DNA of 64,000 nucleotides from an uncultured delta proteobacterium (GTDB lineage: Bacteria; Desulfobacterota; Binatia; UBA9968): contig CAVXEP010000010.1 of NCBI GenBank assembly GCA_963760795.1, forward strand, positions 32,001 through 96,000, read 5' to 3'. Numbering within the stretch: position 1 is the first letter of the stretch; each line of letters begins with the position of its first letter. The notes under the pieces were generated by a model. It saw only the letters and a list, made by a program, of their open reading frames with translations, did no database searches and was not told the DNA's origin. A program made the translations under genes and the position numbers. Of this stretch, positions 20,580-32,234 are shown piece by piece.

Positions 20580-21652
20580 CTCTTCGCGACATCCTGGTCC
20601 GCTACGGCCCGTCCACCATCCTTGAATTTTCTTCGCTGGCCATTCACGCCGGTGAAAATCTCGCCGTCATCGGACCCAATGGCGCGGGAAAATCGACGCT
20701 GCTCCGCCTGATGGGACAACTGCAGCAGCCGACCCAGGGCAAGATCTACTTTCATGACCGCGAAGTAATCCCATCCGATGGCCTCGCGATCCGGCGCCGC
20801 ATGGCGAGCGTATTTCAGGAGCCGCTGCTGTTAAATGCCTCGGTCTATGACAACGCGGCGTTGGGCCTAAGACTGCGCGGTTTGGACCGCCGCTCCATCG
20901 AACGGCGGGTTCAACCCTGGCTCGAGCGGCTTGGCATCGGCCATCTTATGCGCCGCCGGGCTCGAAGCCTTTCCGGCGGCGAGGCCCAGCGCACCAGCTT
21001 GGCTCGCGCCCTGGCGCTCGACCCCGAGATCCTCTTTTTAGACGAACCCTTTTCTCCCCTCGACCCGCCCACGCACGAGGGCCTGCTGCTTGATCTGGAG
21101 CGCATACTGCGCGAAACGGGTATCACCACCGTGTTCGTCACCCACGATCGTGATGAGGCTTTCATGTTCGGCGACCGAATTGCGGTGCTCATAGGCGGCA
21201 AGCTGCTCCAGACCGGGCCGACGACGGAAGTCTTTGCTCATCCGGAAAACCTGGAGGTCGCTCACTTCGTCGGGTTCGACACCAAAATCCCTGGAGTCGT
21301 GGAGAGCGCGAGCGAACATTCGGCCCAAGTCCGCTTTAACGGCGGCTATGCGCAGGTGGTCGGTAATTTTCAAGCCGGCGAGCAGCTGTTTCTTTGCCTT
21401 CGACCGGAGGATATCACTGTGAGTCTGCCGGGAGTGGAGGGCGCCAAATCGAGCGCGTGTAACCAGCTTCAGGGCAAGGCGCTGAAAGTCACTCCCTGGG
21501 GCGCTCACTACCGGATGGTGGCCGCATGCGGGGAAAACCGTCTCGTCGCCTTTATCACCAGACCGTCATTCCTCGGACTTAAGATCGCAGAGGGAGACGA
21601 GATCGTTGCGTCGTTCAAAGCATCAGCGGTTCACGTGATTAAACGAAAATGA
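20561..21652 (+). CDS. tupC: Tungstate ABC transporter ATPase with TOBE domain
   Basis: GPNGAGKST, LSGGE, LDEPF and VTHD motifs; C-terminal FKASAVH. Confidence 0.92.
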   Translation: MAEALLTLRDILVRYGPSTILEFSSLAIHAGENLAVIGPNGAGKSTLLRLMGQLQQPTQGKIYFHDREVIPSDGLAIRRRMASVFQEPLLLNASVYDNAALGLRLRGLDRRSIERRVQPWLERLGIGHLMRRRARSLSGGEAQRTSLARALALDPEILFLDEPFSPLDPPTHEGLLLDLERILRETGITTVFVTHDRDEAFMFGDRIAVLIGGKLLQTGPTTEVFAHPENLEVAHFVGFDTKIPGVVESASEHSAQVRFNGGYAQVVGNFQAGEQLFLCLRPEDITVSLPGVEGAKSSACNQLQGKALKVTPWGAHYRMVAACGENRLVAFITRPSFLGLKIAEGDEIVASFKASAVHVIKRK

Positions 21653-21692
21653 AGTGTTGAAGTATAGCCTCAACACCGACTCCATTTTTCCC

Positions 21693-21720
21693 TTGACATT
21701 GATTCTCCCAGCGATAGGAT
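21693..21720 (+). promoter_or_regulatory. Possible sigma70 promoter of the fdh operon
   Basis: TTGACA-N16-TAGGAT. Confidence 0.45.
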
Positions 21721-21859
21721 GCCAGCCGTTTTAGCGTTGTTGCGCATTGAGCTTCGTGCAGCAATAAATTTATCGGCTCGCCGATTGTGAAATCATGTCG
21801 CTTACCAGTGTCCTCTCTTTTTCACTCCATCCTTTCGCTGCAGAAAAAGGAGTCAAAAC

Positions 21860-24800
21860 ATGGAAGTTTCACGACGAGATTTTCTCCGGCTTTCAGTCGC
21901 CGCGGGCACCGGCACAGCGCTCAGCGGCCTGATCGGTTCAGGCGTTAACCTAGGGCCGGCGGTGGCGCGGGCGCAGGAACTCAGGATCAAGGACGCCAAG
22001 GTCACTCCCAGCGTCTGCCCCTATTGCTCGGTGGGCTGCGGCACCCTGGTTCATACGGTCAAGGGGCAGATCGTCAACATCGAGGGCGATCCGCGCAGTC
22101 CGCACAACGAGGGCACCCTCTGCCCCAAGGGCGCGGCGATCTTCCAGCTCCACGTCAATCCCAATCGTCCGACGCAGGTTCTCCATCGTAATCCCGGCGC
22201 CACGCGACTGGGAAGTATGGGACCTCGAGCGCGCCATGAACCGCATCGCCGAGCTGGTGAAGAAGACGCGCGACGAGACCTTTATCGAGAAACTGCCCAA
22301 CGACAAGGTCGTCAATATGACACCGGCCATTTTTTCCCTCGGTGGCGCCACCCTCGAGGTCGAGTTCAATCATGTGCACCAAAAGCTCATGCGCGGCCTG
22401 GGCATAGTCGCCATCGAGAATCAGGCGCGCATATGACACAGCTCTAGCGTCCCCGGTCTGGGGACCCGATTCGGCCGCGGCGCGGCCACCCTCTACCCGC
22501 GCAGCATGTACGATTCCGACTGCATCATCGTCATGGGCTCCAACATGGCGGAGAACCATCCCGTCGCCTTCCGCTGGCCGATGAAGGCCAAGGTCGAGCA
22601 TGGCGCCAAGATCATCCACGTCGATCCGCGCTTCACCCGCACCAGCGCCGTCGCCGATATTTACGCGCCGGTGCGCGCCGGCTCGGACATCGCCTTTCTC
22701 GGCGGAATCATCAAATATGTTCTCGACAGCGAGAAGTGGAACACCGACCCATTCTTCAAAAAATTCGTCGTGAACTACACGAATGCTCCGACCATCATCC
22801 ACGAGGACTTCAAGGACACCGAAGATTTAGACGGAGTGTTCTCCGGCCTTATGCAATCCAAAGGCGGGGTCGCCGAATGGCCGTTCAACGGTTTTACCAA
22901 TCAATACGACGGCGCGACCTGGCAATATGCTCGCACCAAGGTCGGAGCTCAGGGCGAAGGGGCGGCGCCGACCGCGCGTTCCGGTGAGACGCCGACATCC
23001 TCTGGACCGACCGGAGAAAAAAAAGCGGCGACGCCCGCAGCCACGCCCGCGCCGGCAGCCGCCAAAGCCCCGCAGGGCCCGCCATTCGAGCCGCTTGTCG
23101 CGTCGTTGGTGCGGCCTGCGGCGATAAAAGACGAGACGCTGCAGAACCCGCGCTGCGTTTTCCAAATCGTTAAACGGCATTTCGCCCGCTACACGCCGGA
23201 GATGGTCGAAAAAGCCACCGGCTGCCCGAAAGAAATTTTTCTTCAGGTCGCCGAGACCATTCTGGCTAATTCGGGCGCGGACCGGACGACCTCATTCGCC
23301 TATGCGGTCGCCTGGACGCAACATACCTACGGCGTCCAGATCATCGGCGCCTGCGCGCTGCTACAACTTTTGCTCGGCAACATCGGCCGTCCGGGCGCGG
23401 GCGTAATGGCGCTGCGCGGCCACGCCTCGATCCAGGGCTCTACGGACATCCCCACGCTTTATCACTCGATTCAGGGTTATCTGGCGGCGCCGACGGCGCT
23501 GAAGAAACACGACACCCTGCAAGATTACATCGCCGGCGAGACGGTACCGACGGGGTATTGGGCGAACATGCCGAAATTCATGGTGTCATACCTGAAGTCC
23601 GTTTACGGTGACGCGGCGACCAAGGAGAACCAGTTCGGCTACGACTGGCACCCGAAAATTCTCGGCGACCACTCACACATGGCCATGTTCGCGGCGATGA
23701 ACGCCGGCAAGGTGAAGGGAATGATCTGCATCGGCCAGAACCCGGCCACCTCGATCAACGCCAAACTGGAGCGGACCGGACTGAGAAAGCTCGAATGGCT
23801 GGTCATCAAGGACAATTGGCTCACGGAGACGGCGACATACTGGAGGAACGCGCCGGAAGTCAAGAACGGCGAGGTCAAGACGGCGGACATCAAAACCGAA
23901 GTTTTCTTCTTGCCCGCCACCCAGGTCGCCGAGCTCGAAGGCACCTTCACCAACACCCAGCGGCTATTACAATTCCATCATAAAGCGGCCGAGGCGCCCG
24001 GGGATTGCCGATCGGACACGCTGTTCAGTTACGATCTCGGCAAGCGGCTGAAGAAACTTTACGCCAACTCGACCGCGCCGCGCGACGAGGGCTTCAAAAA
24101 TCTCGTCTGGGACTACGAGCATGAGAACGAAGCCGAGCGCAAGAAGGGCGAGCCTTCGGCGCTGAAGATTCTCAAAGAGATCAACGGCTTTTTCACCGAA
24201 GACCCCGCGCGCCACTGCGTCGGTTTCGGCGAGCTCAAGGACGATGGCTCGACGACCTGCGCCTCGTGGATCTATTCGGGCGTCTATCCGGCAGTGGGTA
24301 AGCTCCTCGCCGACCGGCGCACTCCCGACCCGCCCGGCAAACCCGGCGCGCAACTCAATTGGGGATGGGCATGGCCGGCGAACCGGCGGGTGATGTACAA
24401 CCGCGCTTCCGCCGACCCCGACGGCAAGCCGTGGAGCGAAAAAAAGAAATGGGTCTGGTGGGATGCGGAGGCAAAGAAATGGGTCGGCTATGACGTGCCG
24501 GACTATATCGCGGCGAAGCCGCCTACCGATAAAGCGAAACCCGGCGCTGCCGGCATGGATGCGCTTCCCGGAACTGCGCCGTTTATCATGCGGCCGGACG
24601 GATTGGGGTGGCTCTTCGTACCCGCGGGCCTCGTCGACGGGCCGCTGCCGACGCACTACGAGCCGGTGGAATCGCCAGTCGCCAATTTGCTCTATAAGCA
24701 GCAGACGAGCTCCGGTCTACAAACATTGGCAAGGTGAACCGGCAACGACCTGGCGAAGATGGGCGATCCCAAGTTCCCCTATGTTCTGACAACCTATCGC

Positions 24801-25163
24801 TTGACCGAGCACTACCTCGCCGGCGCCATGAGCCGCTGGCTGCCCTGGCTCGCCGAGCTGCAACCCGAGCTTTTCGTCGAGATCAGTCCCGAGCTGGCCA
24901 AGGAGAAAGGCATCAAGAACCTCGACTGGTGCAAGATCACCAGCCCGCGGACGCAGATCCGCGCCAAGGCTCTGGTTACGCGCCGCATGCGCCCCTTCAA
25001 GATCGACGGCAAAATCATCCATCAGGTGGGTATGCCCTGGCACTGGGGCTATGAAGGTCTTTCCACCGGAGATATCGTCAACGAGCTGACGTCGCTGATA
25101 GCCGATCCGAACGTTTCGATGCACGAGGGCAAGGCTTTTGTGTGTAATGTCGAGAAGGCGTGA
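21860..25163 (+). CDS. fdnG: Selenocysteine formate dehydrogenase alpha subunit (FdnG/FdhA type, Tat signal); indels near 22204 and 24711-24740
   Basis: SRRDFL Tat motif; CPYCSVGC...LCPKG; ENQARI-UGA-HSSSVPGL; GSNMAENHP; ALRGH; GPLPTHYEP; TTYRLTEH. Confidence 0.93.
22434..22465 (+). promoter_or_regulatory. Sec UGA codon with bacterial SECIS hairpin
   Basis: In-frame TGA at 22434-22436, then stem-loop GTCCCC-GGTCT-GGGGAC at 22449-22465, matching fdhF/fdnG SECIS geometry. Confidence 0.92.
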
Positions 25164-25217
25164 GACGCGAGTAAGAACCAACGGCGCGCGATAGCATTCT
25201 TCATAGGAGGGTGGGAA

Positions 25218-26028
25218 ATGGCTGCTCCAGTCGAACCCATGGGTTTCTACACCGACACGACCGTGTGCATCGGCTGCAAGGCGTGCGAAGTCGCTTGCAA
25301 GGAATGGAATCAGCTCCCCAGCACCAACGGCGGCGTCAACACGTTGAGCGGCGATAGTTACGACAACACCCGCGCGCTAGACGGCATCCACTGGCGTCAT
25401 GTGAAATTCATCGAGCAGTTCACCGAGGACCGCAAGGACGGCCGCTGGCTGCTGATGAGCGACGTGTGCAAGCACTGCGTCAACGCGCCATGTTTGGAGG
25501 TCTGCCCCACCGGCGCCATCGTGCGCACCGAGTTCGATTCGGTGGTCATCCAGTCGGACGCCTGCAACGGCTGCCGCGACTGCATCTCGGCCTGTCCTTT
25601 CGGCGTCATCGAAGTCAATCCAGCCTCGGGCACCGCGCAGAAGTGCACGCTTTGCTATGACCGGCTGCAGGGCGGTTTGGAGCCGGCCTGCTCGAAGGCT
25701 TGTCCGACACAATCGATCCAGTTTGGCACCATCAACGATTTGAAAGGCCGGGCGCAGAAACGCGTGGACCAGCTTCAACAGATGGGCGAGAAGAGAGCCT
25801 ATCTTTACGGCGCGGATGAAAAAATGCTCGGCGGGCTCAATTCGTTTTACCTGCTGGTCGACAAACCGGAAGTCTACGGCTTGCCCCCTGATCCGAAAAT
25901 GCCCACGCGCAATCTCAAATCCGGCACTTGGTTCTCCGCCTTGGGCGCCATTCTGGTCGGTCTGATGGGTATCATCAATTTCCGCAACCGCGGCGCCGCG
26001 CGCGAACGCTCGGGAGGATCGGCCATGA
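25218..26028 (+). CDS. fdnH: Formate dehydrogenase Fe-S beta subunit (FdnH-like) with C-terminal TM helix
   Basis: CIGCKACEVAC, CKHC...CLEVCP, CNGCRDCISACP, CTLC...CSKACP; end inferred from the ATGA overlap. Confidence 0.88.
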
Positions 26029-26931
26029 ACCAGTTTCCCTCGAGCACTTTTTTCAGCGCGCCGCCGGACTGGGGTTGGTACATTGTTTTTTACTTTTTTT
26101 TCGGCGGCCTCGCCGGCGGAAGCTATTTTCTCGCCGTACTGATCGATTTGTTCAGCAGACCGGAAGACCGTCCGCTCGCACGCCTGGGGTACTACATCTC
26201 GTTCCCTTGCATCGTTATCAGCGGGCTGCTGCTGACTCTTGATCTCGGCAGGCCCGAGCGGTTTTGGCATATGCTGATCCAGTCGAATACCTTTCAGCCG
26301 ATCTTCAAGCCCTGGTCACCGATGTCGGTCGGATCTTGGGCGCTGATGATCTTCGGGATTTTTTCGCTCCTCGCTTTCTTGAGCGCGCTTGCAGAAGATG
26401 GTCGTTGGCAACGGCCGGCGGCCCGCGCGCCTGCGGCCTCCCGGCATGCTCGGATCGATCATCGCCGTGATCGGCGGGCTCTTCGGTTTCTACGTCGCGG
26501 GTTATACGGGAGTTCTTCTCGCCGTCACCAATCGTCCGATTTGGTCCGACACGCCGCTGCTCGGCATGCTGTTCGTGGTTTCGGCGGCGTCGATATCGGC
26601 GGCTTTGATGATTCTGCTGGCGCACAAGTCCGGCCGCACCATGCCGGGCGTTAATGCGCTGCACCGCTTGGACAGCTGGGTGGTCGCGTTGGAATTTGTC
26701 GTTCTCATCGCCGTCATGATTTCCCTGGGGCCGGTATTTCGCGCCTGGCTGAACGCCTGGGGTCTTCTGCTCTTTTTTGGCGTCATCGTTCTTGGCATGC
26801 TGCTACCCTTGGCTCTCTACTGGCGCAGACAATGGTTCGGCGATTTGAACGTCACCGCGGCCGCCGCAGCGGTCCTGGCCGGCGGTTTCATTCTGCGCCT
26901 GGTGATCGTTTTTTCGGCTCAAGGAGTTTGA
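26025..26931 (+). CDS. NrfD/PsrC-family membrane anchor (frameshift near 26425)
   Basis: Own SD GGAGG; PDWGWYIVFYFFFGGLAGGS, DLGRPERFWHML, SPMSVGSW and YTGVLLAVTNRPIW motifs. Confidence 0.88.
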
Positions 26932-26932
26932 C

Positions 26933-27163
26933 GTGGCGCACACTACGATTTTCTTTTTAGTCGTTCTCTGCGCTCTTGCCGCCTGCGCGAGTCCGGAAAC
27001 CGGCCGATCGCGCGGCGGCGGTCCGGGCGCCGACGTCGGCAATCGGACCAAGTTCGTGCGCATGCATGAAGGCGCGGACCCTTTCTACAAGACCCCAAAA
27101 CTTATTCGCAGCCAACCGCCGCCGTTGGCGCCGGCGCGCCAGGCCGACACGCTTAGCCGCTGA
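26933..27163 (+). CDS. Small lipoprotein in the fdh operon
   Basis: Hydrophobic leader with lipobox LAAC; tightly packed between nrfD and fdhE. Confidence 0.65.
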   Translation: MAHTTIFFLVVLCALAACASPETGRSRGGGPGADVGNRTKFVRMHEGADPFYKTPKLIRSQPPPLAPARQADTLSR

Positions 27164-28045
27164 TGACGGCTTCCATCGATACGGATATCCAGGATCTCGG
27201 CCGCCAACGGCCCGAGTGGCAGCCCTGGCTCTCTGTGGTTCAGCAGGTCCTCAGAGAAACCGCCGACGCTAAATGGGACGCAGTTATCCCGGATCGCGCC
27301 GAGCCGCGAGAAAACAAGGCGCCGCTTCTGGCGGGCGCTTTGATCGCGCTAGAAACGAGGTGGCTGCGTCGTTGGACCCAGCAGCTGATCGGCACCGCCA
27401 GCCGTAGTGGCACAGAAAAAATGGCGACACTCAAGGGCGCGCTGCAAGAGACGACCGATACTCTTTCCCTGTTCAAAGCTGCCCTCCGCCTGGATGAAAG
27501 CGCGCTAAAACAGATCGCAGTGAACTGTGATGCCGACCCGGACAGCATTCCAGGCGGTTACAGCGCTGCTACCTGTGCCTTTCCTCCACGCCTGCAATCG
27601 CCGCTGGGCGCATTCGCTGCCTCAAGGCTGGGTTGAAGGGTATTGCCCCGTATGCGGTGCCTGGCCTGCCGTCGCCGAAGTGCGCGGCATCGAGCGCAGC
27701 CGTTACTTCCGCTGCGGCCGCTGCGCCGGCGAGTGGCAAGTCAACTGTTTGGTTTGCGCGTACTGCGGCATGACCGACCATGAACAGCTGGTCTCGCTGG
27801 TGCCGGAGCAAGTCGGCAATACGCGCGTGATTGAAGCCTGCAAGCGCTGTCTCGGCTATGTCAAAACTTTCACCACCCTCCAGGCCACTCCGGCCGCCAG
27901 GGTGATACTCGACGATCTCGCCAGCGTGGATCTCGATATCGCGGCGGTGGAGCATGGTTACAAACGTCCCCAAGGACCCGGTTACCGCTTCGACGTCACG
28001 GTCGTCGATAAAATCACTGACAAATTTTCTTTTTGGAGAGCATGA
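27163..28045 (+). CDS. fdhE: Formate dehydrogenase maturation protein FdhE (frameshift near 27545)
   Basis: CPVCG, CGRC...W, CAYCG, CKRC.GYVK and DDLASVDLD motifs. Confidence 0.88.
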
Positions 28046-28432
28046 GTGGCACCGGCAATTCGCCCAGCCCAGGTTTGCCAGGCATTGCTCGCGGCGCTCG
28101 AAGCGTCCGAGGGGCAACGAAAGAGACGCAAGCGCGACCAAACACCCGACGCCATCGGACTGGCGGTGAAACGGGAACTGCTGGAGCGCGCCGTCGAAGC
28201 CGACCCCGAGCCGGAAGCCTTCGAAGCATGGCTGCTCAATTATTCTCAGACCTGCGTCGCTGCTGAATTAGCTGGCCCGGCCTCCGCTATGGCTAGGTCC
28301 GTGTTCGACGAATGGCGGTTGGCTCATTCGTTGAAAGAATTTAATGTTTGGTTGAATCAGGGAGCGCCGTCGGCGGATGTTGCCGATGGGAACCAAGAAA
28401 GCTCGCACACGAACGTTAGAGAGACTCGGTAA
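28046..28432 (+). CDS. Hypothetical protein, last gene of the fdh operon
   Basis: Abuts fdhE; ASEGQRKRRKRDQTPDAIGL...DPEPEAFEAWL. Confidence 0.7.
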   Translation: MAPAIRPAQVCQALLAALEASEGQRKRRKRDQTPDAIGLAVKRELLERAVEADPEPEAFEAWLLNYSQTCVAAELAGPASAMARSVFDEWRLAHSLKEFNVWLNQGAPSADVADGNQESSHTNVRETR

Positions 28433-28535
28433 ATCGCCGAGCGACTCGTCCCGCAGGGTTGTGGGATGCGGACCACCAGTCAAGATTCGTAACTACGTCC
28501 AACCTGCCGTTTCTTAACACTCCACAATTAGTCCA

Positions 28536-28562
28536 CACTCGAATCTGCGACAGATTCGAGTG
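28536..28562 (+). terminator. Perfect 12-bp hairpin after the fdh operon
   Basis: CACTCGAATCTG-CGA-CAGATTCGAGTG followed by AATTTTCT. Confidence 0.65.
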
Positions 28563-28682
28563 AATTTTCTATCTGCACCGAGCCGGTCTGAGGGGATGAA
28601 GTTTGCAGATCACTCGGTTTGTTATATAAACCCAAGATTGGCTTGACAGATCTCGTCCAGCACAGGGGAAAGGATTACCACG

Positions 28683-29123
28683 ATGAAACTAACCAAGGTT
28701 TACCACATGGGCATCCCGGTCGATGATTTGGACCGCGCTAGAGAGTTTTACACCAACGTATTGGGCATGGACTATCTCGGCCGGGTCGGCGGCAATCCGA
28801 GCAACCCGGATTCATTTCCCGTGCATGGCGTGGCGCAAAAACTCGACCGGCTGCGCTGCGGCGATTATGACGTCGTGCTGTTTGCCCGTCCGCGACCGCT
28901 CAACCGCGACGCCGTCGACCAAGACGGCATTACCCACCAAGCTTTCAGTTTGGCCTGGGAAGATTATGACGCAGCGATGAAACAAGCCAAGGAACTCGGC
29001 AAATTCCACCGCAGCGTCGAACGCGACAGCGGCAATACGATTTACATGTTCGACTCGGAAGGCAACTATCTCGAGCTCCACTTCGCCCGCCCCGGCGGTC
29101 GAAGCGCACGGCAGGCGGTTTAA
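28683..29123 (+). CDS. VOC/glyoxalase-family protein
   Basis: HMGIPVDDLDRAREFYTNVLG, HQAF and YMFDSEGNYLEL motifs. Confidence 0.88.
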   Translation: MKLTKVYHMGIPVDDLDRAREFYTNVLGMDYLGRVGGNPSNPDSFPVHGVAQKLDRLRCGDYDVVLFARPRPLNRDAVDQDGITHQAFSLAWEDYDAAMKQAKELGKFHRSVERDSGNTIYMFDSEGNYLELHFARPGGRSARQAV

Positions 29124-29229
29124 ATCGCGGATCGATGATGGAGGATAGAGCATCGAGTACTGGATCATCCATCCTCGATCGTCAATCCTCGACCCGTTCA
29201 AGCAACAACGCTAAAGCGAACAAAAAACA

Positions 29230-30181
29230 ATGGACAAACCCATAAAACTCTCCATCGCCGCAACCTCCAAGCGCGTCGATATCGCCAACGTCGTCGGCTA
29301 TACATTTTTCAATAGCATCGAGCTGCCGCGCCAATCGCAACTCGACATCGCCATGGGCTGGCGCGACTCCGAGCTGGGCGGCACCGGCCCGGCGATCCTT
29401 GGTCGGCAACAAGAAATATACTTTCGGCTTCGGCAATCCGGTGGGCCTGTCGGCGATGGCCTATCTCGGCTGCGGTTTTTACAAAAAGAAAATCCCCCTG
29501 CGCGCCATCGGCGTCTTTCCGACCTGGGACCGCTTGATCTTCGCCGTGCGCCCAGACATCGGCATCCAGTCGCTGGAAGACATAAAGAAGCAGAAATATC
29601 CGCTGCGCATCTCGACGCGCCGGCGCGGCAAGCTGGCCACGACGATCTACGCCATCGAAGAGGTGCTCAAAGCCTACGGCATGAGCTACAAAGACATCGA
29701 GAAGTGGGGCGGCAAGATCATGGAAGCGCCCAACCCGAGCGGCCCGGAGCGGCGCGACGCGATTTTATCCGGCGCTGCTGATGCGGTCTTCGACGAGGGC
29801 GTGAAGAGCTGGGGGCCAACGGCATTGAAAGCCGGCATGCGCTTTTTGCCGATCGACGACAACGCGGCAAAGCATATGGCCAAGCTCGGCTTTCCCAGCG
29901 CCATGCTGACACGCAAGCATTATCCCAAGTTGGCTCAAGCGATTCGCTGCGTCGATTTCAGCGGCTGGACGTTTTTTTGCCACGCCGATTTATCGGACAA
30001 GGTCGCCTACCACATGGCCAGAGCCGTCGACCTGTGCCACAAACACATCCCCGTCGATCATTTCGACAAACGGCCCATGACCATTCGCGAGTTCTGCCGC
30101 GGCGGCGAAGCTGGACAACTGAACATCCCGCTCCATCCGGGCGCAAAGAAATATTTTCGCGAGAAGGGCTATATCGACTAA
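29230..30181 (+). CDS. TAXI-like binding-protein-fold protein with no signal peptide (frameshift near 29400)
   Basis: LRAIGVFP, GIQSLEDI, GMRFLPI and PLHPGAKKYFREKG motifs. Confidence 0.75.
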
Positions 30182-30182
30182 A

Positions 30183-31170
30183 ATGTTTGGCTTCATTCAA
30201 CGCGTCGCGCTGGCAACGCTTCTGGCGATTGCATCGATTGGCCAACCAATCGCGGCCCATGGCGAGCAGTTTCGCGTCGCGCTGTCGACCAAAGACTTCG
30301 GCTACCTGCCGCTGTTCGTCGGCATGCGCGCCGGTCTATTCGCCCAGGAGAATTTGGAAATCCAGTGGATCGTGGTGAATAGCAACGTCGTCGTCACCGC
30401 GCTGTTGGCCGGCGAGATCGATGTCGCCGGCATCGCCGGTTCGTCCATGCGCGCGGCGGCACGCGGCGCGCCGTTGAAGGCGAACTTTTTCCCCTACGAC
30501 AAATCGCTGTTTGTCTTGATGGGCGCGCCCAATATCAAGCGCGTGCAAGATTTAAAAGGCAAAGTCATCGGCACCACCGGCCCCGGCGCCACCACCGAAG
30601 TCGCCGCGTCGATGGTCTTGCAGCATCACGGCATGGATCCGAAAAAAGATGTGACGTTCATGACCATCGGCGGCGCCGAGACATCCATCGTCGCCATGCG
30701 CAACGGCATCATCCAGGCGCGCGCCTTCAATCCCGACGCGGCGTACATCATGAAGAAACAAGGCTTCACCGAACTCGGCGTGCTGGCCGACATGGGGCCC
30801 TGGCCTTGGGCGGGTTACTCGACCTCTGACGCGCTTCTGGCGAATCGGCGCGACAAGCTCAAACGCTGGACCCGCGCCATGGTCAAGAGCCTGCAATTGA
30901 TGCTCACGCGCAAAGAAGAAACCTATAAGTTTGCCCAGGCCGATTTCGCCCATGCGCGCGACGTCATCGAGGGCGCGGCGAATGTTTGCATCAAAGCCAT
31001 CGATCGCACAGAATCCCGGCGGCGCCACCGACGACGCCATGCGCAAGAATATCGATTTAACCATCACCCAGCCGTTAAAGCTTCCGGCTAGCCCGCCACT
31101 GGCGCAGCTGGTCGACTTTTCCTTGCTGCGGGAAGTTCACAAAGAACTCGGCATAGCGGGGCGAAAATGA
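30183..31170 (+). CDS. NMT1/SsuA-like substrate-binding protein (frameshift near 31005)
   Basis: Signal peptide; YLPLFVG...GLF, ALLAGEID, DLKGKVIG and VDFSLL motifs. Confidence 0.82.
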
Positions 31171-32234
31171 ACTTGCGAATTTTTCCGGCGATACCGCTGG
31201 TTGCAGCACTTTTACTGACACCGCTGGAATCACACGCGCAGAGCGTCGATGCCAAGCTCGCCGTGTTGGAGAAACTACCGGCCGCGGAACGCCAGCAGAA
31301 ATTACTGGAGGGCGCCAAGGCCGAAGGTGAAGCGGTCATTTACGCCAACATGGATGTCAGCGCCATGAAGCCGCTCACCGACGGCTTCATGAAACGCCAC
31401 CCTGGGGTTAAAGCCACCAGCGTGCATATTTCCGGCGCGGGGATCATCACCCGGGTCGAAGCGGAGGCCCGCGCGGGACGCTCGCTCTCCGATGTCGTCC
31501 TCAGCGGCCAACTCGGCGTGCTCGCCTTACTCGAAAGAAAAATCTTCGGCCGCTACCGCTCGCCGGAGCGCGAACATTACCGCGATGGCTACAAGGACAA
31601 GGACGGCCTGTGGACGGCTTACATGAACAACGTCATGGTCAGCGTCTACAACACCCGTCAGGTAAAAAAGGACGAAGCGCCGCGCGGCCTCGAAGATCTT
31701 CTGAAACCCCGTTGGAAGAACAAGCTCGCGATGGACAGCCAGTCCTACGTCTGGTTCGGCACAATCCTGCAGTACCTGGGTGAAGAAGCCGGCTTGCGTT
31801 TCATGAAGCGGTTAAACGAGCAAAACCTGTCGCACCAGCGCGGCCGCCGGCTGATGAGCCAACTGGTCGCCGCCGGCGAATTCGACATGGCCGTCGAAAC
31901 CAATTTGAACTCGGTTCTGAGCCTGAGCCGTCAAGGCGCGCCGCTCTGGTTCGCCCCGGCACCGCCCTTTTTCCTGACGCCGAGCTTGGTGTTCGTCAAC
32001 GCCAACGCGCCCCACCCCTTCGCCGGCGCTTTGTTCACCGACTATTTGCTCTCGGAAGAAGGCCAAAAAATTATCGTCAGCACCAATCGCATGCCGGCGC
32101 ACACCAAAGTTAAATCTCCCGAGAGCCAGCTGATCGAAGGCCAGGACGTGCGCATGCCGGATATTTTCGATATAGGAAGACGCTATCAAGCGATCGGCAA
32201 CCGGTATAGAGAGACGTTCCCCGGCGCTCGTTAG
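31167..32234 (+). CDS. Fe3+/thiamine-type extracellular solute-binding protein
   Basis: AKAEGEAVIY, YNTRQVK, DLLKPRWK, LVAAGEF and NAPHP motifs. Confidence 0.85.
   Translation: MNLRIFPAIPLVAALLLTPLESHAQSVDAKLAVLEKLPAAERQQKLLEGAKAEGEAVIYANMDVSAMKPLTDGFMKRHPGVKATSVHISGAGIITRVEAEARAGRSLSDVVLSGQLGVLALLERKIFGRYRSPEREHYRDGYKDKDGLWTAYMNNVMVSVYNTRQVKKDEAPRGLEDLLKPRWKNKLAMDSQSYVWFGTILQYLGEEAGLRFMKRLNEQNLSHQRGRRLMSQLVAAGEFDMAVETNLNSVLSLSRQGAPLWFAPAPPFFLTPSLVFVNANAPHPFAGALFTDYLLSEEGQKIIVSTNRMPAHTKVKSPESQLIEGQDVRMPDIFDIGRRYQAIGNRYRETFPGAR

Noticed and set aside
14745-21860. Moco/Tuco riboswitch upstream of moeA, mobA, tup or fdh
   Set aside because: I could not recognise the motif by eye; an Infernal search against Rfam would be needed.
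24735-24737. Second in-frame TGA in fdnG as another selenocysteine
   Set aside because: No SECIS follows and it is not a Cys position. The plausible sequence PVYKHW runs in the +1 frame, which indicates compensating indels.
25218-26654. FdnH-NrfD fusion protein (478-aa ORF)
   Set aside because: NrfD has its own GGAGG and an ATGA stop/start overlap at 26025-26028, so an indel most likely joined the frames. Not fully excluded.
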